The position numbers were made by a program, and so were the translations under genes. A DNA stretch of 64,000 nt from a virus (Duplodnaviria > Caudoviricetes): IMG/VR virus record IMGVR_UViG_2510461076_000001, positions 2,162-66,161 of that record. One strand, 5' to 3'. Position 1 is the first letter of the stretch. Each line of letters starts with the position of its first letter. This document shows positions 53,700-64,000 of this stretch, piece after piece. Below the pieces are notes generated by a model that saw only the letters and a list, made by a program, of their open reading frames with translations, did no database searches and was not told where the DNA came from.

Positions 53700-54317
53700 T
53701 CAGTCTTTGCTAGTAACTTCCACTTGATCCCTTCTGTTCGGCCTTTTGATTCTCTTGGCCAGCAAAACCGTCGACGAGATCCCACCGCTCAGCATCTTTA
53801 GAAAAAGTATATTGAAAAAGGTGAGGGAATACGCATTTCCGACAACTGTTGTCGAAGCGCCTGCACCGTAGATCGGCAAAGGAGTGAGAAAAATTAAAGA
53901 AACGAAGGTGAGCACGGATGCCAAGTCCGCTTTCACAACTCTTTTTAGATCGGCAACTATAATTTCTCGGCTCAAACGGGAGGAAATGATATAAATCGAA
54001 AACAATAGTGTCTTCACGACCGTAAATGTGATCAGAGAAAACGAAAGGCATGTATAAAGGGCGACCTGTTCTGGATGGTTCTCCGCCAGCCATGGCAGTT
54101 CATAGTGGTATTTCGGTAGAATAACCAACAAGTATCTTAGGTGCGGGGCGATGTAATCCAGTACGCCTCCTCTGGTCAGCCAAAGAAACAAGATCGACAT
54201 AGACAAAACAGCCATATCGAGGGGCGGACCGCTAATATGGCTCTCATATCGTTTGATAAAGTTCTGATTTTGAAGGCGAAAGAAAAGATCAACCCCGGCT
54301 AAACTTTTAAAAATCAT
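53700..54317 (-). CDS. AT-rich multi-pass membrane protein
   Basis: 205-aa ORF with several TM segments, visibly AT-rich. Confidence 0.6.
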   Translation of the reverse strand: MIFKSLAGVDLFFRLQNQNFIKRYESHISGPPLDMAVLSMSILFLWLTRGGVLDYIAPHLRYLLVILPKYHYELPWLAENHPEQVALYTCLSFSLITFTVVKTLLFSIYIISSRLSREIIVADLKRVVKADLASVLTFVSLIFLTPLPIYGAGASTTVVGNAYSLTFFNILFLKMLSGGISSTVLLAKRIKRPNRRDQVEVTSKD

Positions 54318-54418
54318 TTACGTCCAGCCTTTGCCCCGAACTATGCCTGAAAAACCCAATCGAAGGGGCGGGGCGCGTCTTAATGGGAGTGGGCGGAGTC
54401 TGTCAAGCATAACGCCCG

Positions 54419-54704
54419 TCAACCATTCCCGTCGACCTCTCCATCTTCGTCGAGCTCGTGCACCGGCAGATAGGTGTTTCTTCTCCATTCACTCCCGCAC
54501 GATATATTTGATGGCGTCTTCTCGCGTCAGCATCAGCTCGCTCGAGACGTTCCGTAGGGCCTCTTCAGTATCGTCGTCGAGAGCGATGGAACCGAAGTTG
54601 CGCACGAGCAAGGCGGCGCGACGCAGCATGATCTGCAGATCTGCCCGGGAAATGTCGGCGATGCGATCGGCGGCGTCTTCAAGGAGGGTGGGCATATCGG
54701 GCAT
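54419..54704 (-). pseudogene. RHH/CopG-like protein remnant
   Basis: LLEDAADRIADISRADLQIMLRRAALL; premature TGA then a frameshifted continuation TYLPVHELDEDG. Confidence 0.55.
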
Positions 54705-54908
54705 GGTCAGGGTTTCTCCGGCGCCTGAGGTCCTTCTGAGCCGATTAGCATATCGGAGTGGCGAAGGCACCCACAGACGATGCTAACCTTCTGCCCCGTC
54801 GTCAAAAGCGTACGCGTCATTATTCCGAGGAAGAGGCGGGAGCCGGACGGTTGTCATACGCACCTTCGCGTGCAATTCTGCCGCGTAGGCTGTTTAAGCA
54901 AGGTGCAC

Positions 54909-55406
54909 ATGGCGGTAACAACATTCGCATCTCCACCCTGGTGGAGAATTGCCGTTGCAGTAATTGTAGTGCCTTTGGCGGCATCCTTCGCATATGCGGT
55001 TTACAGCCCAGCCTATCAGGGCTTGCCGGATATGATGGAGCGCGTTGTCCAAACAACTGAAGTCGTCGCATTCTTCGGTGCTTATCCGCCAACTGTTGCC
55101 TTGGGAATTCCATTGATACTCTATTTCAGGGGACGAGTAAGGGCGTCCCTTGCAAATTGTGCGATGGCCGGGGCCTCCGTTGCTACCTTCCCGTGGTTAT
55201 GCCTAACTGTATTTTTCGGCCCGGATAAGGCCTACACGAATGATCACATCACCTATCAAAACGGAATGATGACGTGGTGGGGGTTGCTGGAAACTACCGA
55301 ATTGCTCACAGAAATAGCTGTATTCGGAATTGCCGCCGGTGGACTGTTCTGGCTAATCGCCGCGGCCGGCATCAAAAAACAGCCCCCTTCTAAAGTGTTT
55401 GATTAG
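54909..55406 (+). CDS. Membrane protein
   Basis: Four hydrophobic segments. Confidence 0.65.
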   Translation: MAVTTFASPPWWRIAVAVIVVPLAASFAYAVYSPAYQGLPDMMERVVQTTEVVAFFGAYPPTVALGIPLILYFRGRVRASLANCAMAGASVATFPWLCLTVFFGPDKAYTNDHITYQNGMMTWWGLLETTELLTEIAVFGIAAGGLFWLIAAAGIKKQPPSKVFD

Positions 55407-55419
55407 CGGCTCTCGATAT

Positions 55420-55556
55420 TGCCCGATCGCGATCGATCCAGAGCTGCGCAACAGCAGCGCCGCGCGGCGGAGCATGATCTGAAGATCCGATCGCGAGAAA
55501 TCTGCGATCCGGTCGGCGGCGTCCTCGAGGAGGGTGGCGGTATCGGGCGTTGTCAT
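55420..55556 (-). pseudogene. Second, truncated copy of the RHH/CopG-like gene
   Basis: LLEDAADRIADFSRSDLQIMLRRAALL, near-identical to the 54704 copy. Confidence 0.55.
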
Positions 55557-55775
55557 CGGCTCCTCAATGCTCCACGCATATGTCTCGTGCCGGCGACAAT
55601 CCGCGGCGGTTACCTTGATGGTAACCGCCCGCAATCGCAGTCTAACCGATACGCCGGACGTGAGGAAACTCAGGGGCAGTCGATAAATTTCCGCAGCGGA
55701 CTCAATGGCGTCAAACTACCCCTCAAATCCGAGCATATTCACTGAAATCACTGCATAAATTGTGATTCTTGGCAA

Positions 55776-55792
55776 TCCTGCAGGGGTCGCCA
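55776..55792 (+). repeat. Second tRNA-Arg 3'-end copy (old att)
   Basis: TCCTGCAGGGGTCGCCA identical to 51401-51417; both are followed closely by TTTTTCAAGT. Confidence 0.8.
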
Positions 55793-55960
55793 TTTTTCAA
55801 GTGTCCATCCATGCAGCATGCCGTTCGCCAAACAGGTAGAGCGGCTTCCGTAAAACGAAGTTGCTGGGCCGTGGACCGTCTATCCGATTGGAACACGCAT
55901 CTACGGCCATGTCTTCGGGCGACATGATTATCAACGAAAACTATGTAGGTGTCGCGAAAG

Positions 55961-56536
55961 ATGGGTGTCCGCATCGTGCTCATAGGCTTCCCGGGCGTTG
56001 GGAAGTTGACCATCGCGAAAGAGTTGAGCGCCATGGTTTCGGCAAAAATTGTCGACAACCACTGGGTCAACAACCCGATTCTGCGTCTGCTGGATGAGGA
56101 CGGAACGGCCCCGCTTCCAAAGGGAATATGGGAGTTTACAGGTCGATTTCGACAAACCGTCCTTGATGCAATCACCGCTTACGCGCCGTCCGCCAATTTC
56201 ATTTTCACGCATGCCGGCTTGGAGGGTGATGAGCGGAGCCTTCGTACCTTTCAACAGATCGTCGGTGCTGCCGAAGCCTGCGACGCCGTTTAGGTGCCGG
56301 TGCGTTTGCTGTGTGATGAAGAGGATCTGGCTCGCCGGGTTTCGAACCCCGAGCGACGCCAAAGGTTGAAATCCACGCACGTGGCAGCCTCGAGGGATCG
56401 CAGTCGGAGGGCGGGGGTTTTCGATCCACTCCACCCAAACACATTGGTGCTCGACGTCACTTCCGCATCACCGGGAAAAACGGCCATCGCGATCCGAGAG
56501 CATATTCTAAAGGTCCTTGGCGACCTGTCAGCCTGA
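55961..56536 (+). pseudogene. P-loop kinase (AAA_33-like) with in-frame TAG
   Basis: GFPGVGKLT Walker A; TAG at 56291-56293; reading frame continues VPVRLLCDEEDLARRV. Confidence 0.7.
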
Positions 56537-56764
56537 AATTCGTCGGAGTTGATTCTATTCGCGCTACGATCGTCGATACGCCTGATGGCGGGAGGTGAGG
56601 CGTTCTGACGAGCTATCGGTTTACGCAAAGCCGGCCCGAAAGGCCGGCTGACGCCTGTCGAAAAATCGCAGCGCGCGGATGGGGCTCCCTCATCCGCGCG
56701 CCGAAGTAGCCGACTTTTGCGGCCAGCGTGTTGTGGCGATCGGACGACCGCCACAACGCTATCG

Positions 56765-58801
<2,037 letters not shown>

Positions 58802-59497
58802 GGTCTTGTTCCTCAACCTTAGCGTTGTCTTTGTCGATACTATTTTTGGTTAATCAGGCGTTACGGCGAGGGGTTATAGGACGCGATCCTGGAGGGTGCA
58901 ACAGTAGAGCGACAGTAAGTGCTTGAGAAACATAGCCATATTGCTGCCACATTATCCAAATCGGACTGAAGTTACGTTTTGAAATATTTAGTGAATTTCG
59001 ATTCGCCCGAATTGAGGCAGTATAAAGGTCTCGCATGCCGTGAATTATTCTTTCTACAACTACAGCGATATGCGTCCCTTGAAAACATTAGAAAAACCTG
59101 TTGGGCGTGATTGGATTCCTCCCGCCAAGGGCGGAATCGACATTTTTTCTGAATTTGGCGATTTTAGGCAGCGTCGACTTACCGATTGGTACTGAACGAG
59201 ATGGTAAAGGGAGCAAAGCACGACTCAAAATACGTGCAGTCTCGACTGTCGACGAGGATAGGATCTTCGCCCTGCCAAGCGTCCATACCCGTCTTCCTTG
59301 GCCTCCGGTGAGAAAAACCGCGGCTTTGAATATCCACGCCTGCGTACTTCGGGAAAACCTTCGACGAGAGCTGGAATGCCGAAGAGGTCAGCCCTGATCT
59401 CGTCCTCGCTCAGCGCTTATTTTTTTGAGAAGCAGGAAATCGCGGCCGACAAGCGATCCAACGCGCTTATTGCTTCTCGTCGGAAACAGCGGTGATC

Positions 59498-59761
59498 TCA
59501 GTGAACGACCGAGAGGTAGCGGATGCCGGCTTCATCAGCCGCTCTCATCAGCGCTTCCCGCGCGGCGTTTGGGGGTGTGGTGCCGCGGATGGCGTCGAGG
59601 CATGTCCTCACCGCCACGACATACTCCTCGCCATCATCCCCAGGCCATTCGGAAATGAGCATGGTGGCTGCGTCGCCGAGTGTTCTGACGACGCTGTATT
59701 TATCTTGGCCGCTCATGAGCATCCTCAGTGCGGGAAACTGATGCGATGTGTACCGATTCAT
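59498..59761 (-). CDS. DUF982 family protein
   Basis: VRTLGDAATMLISEWP..AVRTCLDAI..AREALMRAADEAGI. Confidence 0.8.
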   Translation of the reverse strand: MNRYTSHQFPALRMLMSGQDKYSVVRTLGDAATMLISEWPGDDGEEYVVAVRTCLDAIRGTTPPNAAREALMRAADEAGIRYLSVVH

Positions 59762-59911
59762 GACATTTGGTCCTTGCATCATCAACATATTAGTAACCTT
59801 GCAAGAAGCGTTCCAACCGGAACTGCTGCATGATCATCCGCGGATGGTTCCGCAAAAACAGTCGGCAACTGAACGGGAAGATCGATGCAGTCGCAGAGCA
59901 GTCAAGCCGAT

Positions 59912-60259
59912 CTACGTCAAAGCGCGGCCGAGCAGATCCGAATTGGTCTTCGGATGCTTGTCGGATGGATGATAGGCTCCAATGAGGGCTGCCGTTACCA
60001 TGATCGACACCGAAAGGAATGATGCGACGATGCTCAACACGGGAACCGGAGACATGCGACCCGCCCAGAAGAAGACAAAGCCAGCCGCGAACGCAAAGAA
60101 CCAAAAGACCAGGACTTCGCCCATTATCCTCGCGAATATCTCCAATGCACCGGAGGACACCGAAACCACTGTGTCCAATCCTCCAAGCCACAACACGAAG
60201 TTCAGCACCATATCCGCGATGAAGGCCAATACCATCGATCCTATCAAAAACCGTGACAT
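59912..60259 (-). CDS. Small membrane protein
   Basis: Three TM segments. Confidence 0.6.
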   Translation of the reverse strand: MSRFLIGSMVLAFIADMVLNFVLWLGGLDTVVSVSSGALEIFARIMGEVLVFWFFAFAAGFVFFWAGRMSPVPVLSIVASFLSVSIMVTAALIGAYHPSDKHPKTNSDLLGRALT

Positions 60260-60712
60260 CTCGTTTCTCCGTTGAAATCTTAAGTTGTTGTTTTGTCAGG
60301 CGCAGCTTTCGATCAGATTATCTGGATTGTTAAAATGCTCAGGGCCTTGCCCTCTTGTCCGATTGGGCAGCAATTCGAGGCAATGCCTACACAACCAAGT
60401 GGCCGGGAACTTGTTTTAAACACATTGCCGTCTTATTGATTCTTCTATCGAAATTGCTTGTCGAGCTTGGTTTGCGCCCTTGGCGTCCCAGCTGATCTTT
60501 CCTTTCAAAATCGATTTCTGCGCCGTCCGGCAGCCGCCGGAGGGTGATTGTCATGCCGGTTGAGGGGGATCGTCATGAACGCGGGCAATTCTTTGATCGA
60601 CGCAAGCCTCCGCCAAACACCCATCGTCGCTGCCTGATATGCCTTCGGTCTTTGACCGCGGATGTCAGTGGCGGCATTCAGGCTGGGTTTTCCAGCCATT
60701 GAGGAGAATTTC

Positions 60713-60892
60713 ATGAGCAAGACCAATGCAGAAGCACTGTTGCGCAAAATGCAGCGCCAGGTCGCCAATACCAGTGGCGGTGGCCATCTCGGCGGCACCA
60801 ACTTCGGTCAGGGCAATGACGCCAAGACCTCGTCCGGAAGCGGCAATCGCCCGGCAGGCAAGGGCAGGCCGCCAAGTGGCGGCAAGCGCTGA
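60713..60892 (+). CDS. Small Gly-rich hydrophilic protein
   Basis: GAGGAG RBS; followed by a terminator. Confidence 0.55.
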   Translation: MSKTNAEALLRKMQRQVANTSGGGHLGGTNFGQGNDAKTSSGSGNRPAGKGRPPSGGKR

Positions 60893-60965
60893 CGACAGCG
60901 CCGCGCGTCTTTTAAGCCGCGCAAAGGACGCTGTAGCACTTTGAATGGCTGCATCGCGATTGAAG

Positions 60966-60996
60966 ACAACCCCGCCATAATGGCGGGGTTTTTGTT
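60966..60996. terminator. Bidirectional intrinsic terminator
   Basis: AACCCCGCC-ATAAT-GGCGGGGTTTTT between convergent genes. Confidence 0.8.
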
Positions 60997-61044
60997 TGAT
61001 GGGCCTCTGAACGCCTACGGCGGATTGGATCTGCTCGGCTCTTC

Positions 61045-61356
61045 TCAGCGATCCAGGAAATGATCGAAGTAGACCTTGGGGATGGGGTAGGCGTAGACGC
61101 CCCTGTCGACGAAACTGTACCTGTAGAGGCAACTTCTGAGAGCCGCGTTGTAATAGAGGCTGTGCGGGTCCGTTGAGCCGCGTCGCCATGAGCCTGCCTC
61201 CGGCACGCACCGCTGGAGCGCTTTATCGTATCGAGCCAGGAGCACCGGGTCGGTATCGACCCGAATGCCGCTGTAGGATTGATAGTTTGAAGGAGATTCT
61301 GCGGCCGATATACAGCCCAGACTAAGTGCAAGACCAACGACTGTCATCAATCTCAT
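61045..61356 (-). CDS. Secreted hypothetical protein
   Basis: Signal peptide MRLMTVVGLALSLGC. Confidence 0.6.
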   Translation of the reverse strand: MRLMTVVGLALSLGCISAAESPSNYQSYSGIRVDTDPVLLARYDKALQRCVPEAGSWRRGSTDPHSLYYNAALRSCLYRYSFVDRGVYAYPIPKVYFDHFLDR

Positions 61357-61568
61357 TGGATTTATTCCCCCCTGATCGATTATCGAAGTATCGAGCAGAA
61401 TGTTATTAGTTCCAGTGCCTGCGGGCAAGGCCCGCTTGTTGCGGCCTCTACATCCGCGGCGTGATCTTCTGGATGGCCGACCGTGAGAAATGAGCGAGAT
61501 CATCTCGCCAAGCGCACCGGCGGCTTGAGAGCTGCCGCCACAGGATGGCGGCAGCAATTTTGTTCCGA

Positions 61569-61997
61569 TCAATCCAAGAGATCGGCGGGAACCTTGCCGC
61601 CATTTTCCGAAAGCCGCTTCATCAGCGCCTTGTGCAGCCACATGTTCATTTTTGCGGAATCGTTGGTGTCGCCGGTATAGCCGAGTTCAGCGGCAAGTTC
61701 CTTGCGCTCGGTCAGGCTTGCATCCATCCCGACAGCCTTCATCAGGTCCACGATCGAGTGGCGCCAATCGAGTTTTTGGCCGTTCTTCTTCACAGCCGCG
61801 TCGAGGATGGGCACGATATCGATTGTGGCTGTGGTCGGCTTGCTCTGAGCAGGAGAGGCCGCAGGCGTCGGACTGGGCGCTGCCGACGGTGAGGCAGGCG
61901 CTTGCGCTGGCTCTATCTTCGGCGCGCCGGCAGCAACGGGTTCAGCTGCTTTCGCCTCTCCGAAGATCGCATGTTTGATTTTGTCGAAAATGCCCAT
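61569..61997 (-). CDS. DUF3597 domain protein
   Basis: MGIFDKIK..LDWRHSIVDLMK..RKELAAELGY..MNMWLHK. Confidence 0.88.
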   Translation of the reverse strand: MGIFDKIKHAIFGEAKAAEPVAAGAPKIEPAQAPASPSAAPSPTPAASPAQSKPTTATIDIVPILDAAVKKNGQKLDWRHSIVDLMKAVGMDASLTERKELAAELGYTGDTNDSAKMNMWLHKALMKRLSENGGKVPADLLD

Positions 61998-62503
61998 TCT
62001 TGAACCTCCAGTTCCATCAGATGAGAACATGCTGAAACATGGCCTTCCCGCCTGATATATCCAGACGGAAGGGGAGTTATTTTTAGCAATCTAAATCGGA
62101 GGTGGAAAAGTCAATTCGGGGGCAGGGTGTAGTCGGTCTGCGCGAAAACGTTGCAAATGGATCAATCGCCGCCAACCGTATCGCAAACTGAGCTTTGCTT
62201 GCTGGGCTCCGAAGATTTCTGGCGCAATGGGGAGGAAATACTCCGCCGGCTCTCCAGTTGCTGCACGACATGTTTGCTTTCGGCACAGTCGGGCAGATAA
62301 TTCGCACTTCAATAACCGTGAATCATCATCGTACGCCGCCGAACCGACTTGCCGCGCCGTCTCGTGAAACATTCGTCATCCCTTCACGTTGCCTTGCCAT
62401 GGACGTCCTGAAGTTGCAGGCGTCCGATCGATCGAAGGCACGCGCGTTCCTCGATTTTCGACTGCCGGGCAGATCGTTCGGCGGAATGGAAACGGAGGAA
62501 AAC

Positions 62504-62962
62504 ATGACCCATAACCACCATAGACTGTCCTTTGCAGTGCTCGCATCCACCTGCGCCCTCCTTGCCATGACGGCAAGCGATGCGCGTGCGATCGATGTCG
62601 GTGTGTCGGTGAATGCAGGCAATGCCGTCAGCGCCGATGTCGGGGCTTCGATTGGCGGCTCGAACGGCGTCAATGCCGATGCGACGGCCAATGCCGGCGG
62701 CAGCGGTGTCGACGCAGACGCCAACGCCAGGCTCGGCGTCGGGCGCGGCGTCAATGCCAATCTGAATGCGCACACCGGCGGTTCGAACGGAATCGATACC
62801 AAGGCCACGGCCTCGGTCGGCAGCGGTAATGGCGTCGATGCCAATCTCGCTATCGGCCGCGTAGACGAAGCTGGCGGCAATGCCACGGCGACGCCCGGCA
62901 GCACCCTCAGCGCGTCGCAGACACCCACCCTGGAGGCCCTTCCGCAACATGCCTGTCAATGA
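62504..62962 (+). CDS. Secreted low-complexity Gly/Ala/Asn-rich protein
   Basis: GGAGG RBS, signal peptide, repeated NGV.A.A.A motifs. Confidence 0.6.
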   Translation: MTHNHHRLSFAVLASTCALLAMTASDARAIDVGVSVNAGNAVSADVGASIGGSNGVNADATANAGGSGVDADANARLGVGRGVNANLNAHTGGSNGIDTKATASVGSGNGVDANLAIGRVDEAGGNATATPGSTLSASQTPTLEALPQHACQ

Positions 62963-63072
62963 CCAGCGCAAGATGCTCGTCCGTTGCGCCGATATCTCCG
63001 CCTCTGGCGGTGATTCCGGCCTTGCCGGTCTCTGCAGTCTGCTGCAGGCGACAGCCTCCCGCTGAACATGCA

Positions 63073-63106
63073 AAACCCGCCGAGCCAGCGGCTCGGCGGG
63101 TCTTTT
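63073..63106 (-). terminator. Terminator downstream of aapP
   Basis: CCCGCCGAGCC/GGCTCGGCGGG stem with flanking T/A runs. Confidence 0.75.
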
Positions 63107-63127
63107 CAAAGGCTGCTTCGATCTAAG

Positions 63128-63230
63128 GCATGTTGCGCAAAGGTGTGCAGCGGTTTTGCGACAACGACATGCGCAACAACAAAGGCCTAAAGCGCGGGGA
63201 GCGAATCCGAAAGATCGTGACGCGCTTTAG
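63128..63230. repeat. Rhizobial intergenic palindromic repeat (RIME-like)
   Basis: Two palindromes: GCATGTTGCGCAAA..TTTGCGACAACGACATGC and CTAAAGCGCG..CGCGCTTTAG. Confidence 0.65.
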
Positions 63231-64000
63231 TGCAGGATCTGGCTGAGGAACAGCTTGGTGCGTTCGTGCTGCGGATTGTCGAAGAACTCGGCCGGTGAAT
63301 TCTGCTCGACGATCTGGCCCTGGTCCATGAAGATGACGCGGTTGGCGACCTGGCGGGCAAAGCCCATTTCGTGCGTGACGCAGAGCATGGTCATGCCTTC
63401 CTCGGCAAGACCCACCATGGTGTCGAGCACTTCCTTGATCATTTCGGGATCGAGCGCCGAGGTCGGCTCGTCGAACAGCATGATCTTCGGGTTCATGCAC
63501 AGCGACCGGGCGATCGCCACGCGCTGCTGCTGGCCGCCGGAGAGCTGGCCCGGATATTTGTTGGCCTGCTCCGGAATCTTGACCCGCTTGAGGAAGTGCA
63601 TGGCCACTTCTTCGGCCTGCTTCTTCGGCATCTTGCGCACCCAGATCGGCGCCAGCGTGCAGTTTTCGAGGATCGTCAGGTGCGGGAAGAGGTTGAAGTG
63701 CTGGAACACCATGCCGACTTCGCGCCGGACTTCGTCGATCTTCTTCAGGTCGTTGGTGAGCTCGGTGCCATCGACGATGATGTTGCCCTTCTGATGCTCT
63801 TCCAGGCGATTGATGCAGCGGATCATCGTCGACTTGCCCGAGCCCGACGGACCGGCGATGACGATGCGCTCGCCACGCATGACCTTCAGGTTGATGTCGC
63901 GCAGCACGTGGAAATCGCCGTACCACTTGTTCATGTTGATGATCTCGACCGCCACTTCCGTTGCGGAAACGGTGAGCTTTTTCGCTGGAGCTTCAGCCAT
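63227..64000 (-). CDS. aapP: General L-amino acid ABC transporter ATP-binding protein
   Basis: [33 protein letters not shown]; N-terminus recognised as rhizobial AapP. Confidence 0.92.
   Translation of the reverse strand: MAEAPAKKLTVSATEVAVEIINMNKWYGDFHVLRDINLKVMRGERIVIAGPSGSGKSTMIRCINRLEEHQKGNIIVDGTELTNDLKKIDEVRREVGMVFQHFNLFPHLTILENCTLAPIWVRKMPKKQAEEVAMHFLKRVKIPEQANKYPGQLSGGQQQRVAIARSLCMNPKIMLFDEPTSALDPEMIKEVLDTMVGLAEEGMTMLCVTHEMGFARQVANRVIFMDQGQIVEQNSPAEFFDNPQHERTKLFLSQILH

Larger units (their letters stand above)
51418..55792. mobile_element. Decayed tRNA-Arg-targeted islet (older element remnant)
   Basis: Bounded by a second copy of the tRNA 3' end; filled with pseudogenes and an IS remnant. 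Confidence 0.6.

Noticed and set aside
56291-56293. Stop-codon recoding (amber readthrough)
   Set aside because: Isolated case; other genes use TAG as a normal stop and no suppressor or Pyl machinery is present
58960-59010. RosR/MucR box upstream of the Ply-like gene (TGAAAT-N9-ATTTCG)
   Set aside because: Spacing and sequence deviate from the consensus I recall; too weak to call

Overview
About 51.4 kb (1..~51417) of a lambdoid-organised temperate siphovirus-like prophage in a Rhizobium-type chromosome. The left end and integrase lie upstream of the window. In order: leftward early/recombination arm, CI/Cro switch with ATAGG-N6-CCTAT operators, three DNA methyltransferases, replication genes, NusG-like antiterminator, terminase/portal/head/tail genes, lysis cassette and a LigD ligase domain. 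The prophage ends at a 49-bp copy of the 3' half of tRNA-Arg(UCU). A ~4.4-kb decayed islet follows (IS110 pseudogene, nuclease and RHH-like remnants), closed by a second 17-bp tRNA-end copy. Host genes come next (RTX/beta-helix secreted protein, DUF982, DUF3597, aapP). Most notable: (1) a C5-cytosine methyltransferase whose motifs are split between two almost fully overlapping ~400-codon frames, with a LAGLIDADG gene upstream that begins with a near-copy of both start sequences; (2) a ~500-nt densely structured late leader after the NusG gene; (3) a catalytically dead S24 domain facing the CI gene; (4) a LexA-boxed Zn-finger/Lar-like operon; (5) a head-module SGNH cargo protein sharing its N-terminal peptide with an unannotated 23-aa ORF. 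Family assignments come from motif recognition only; no searches were run.
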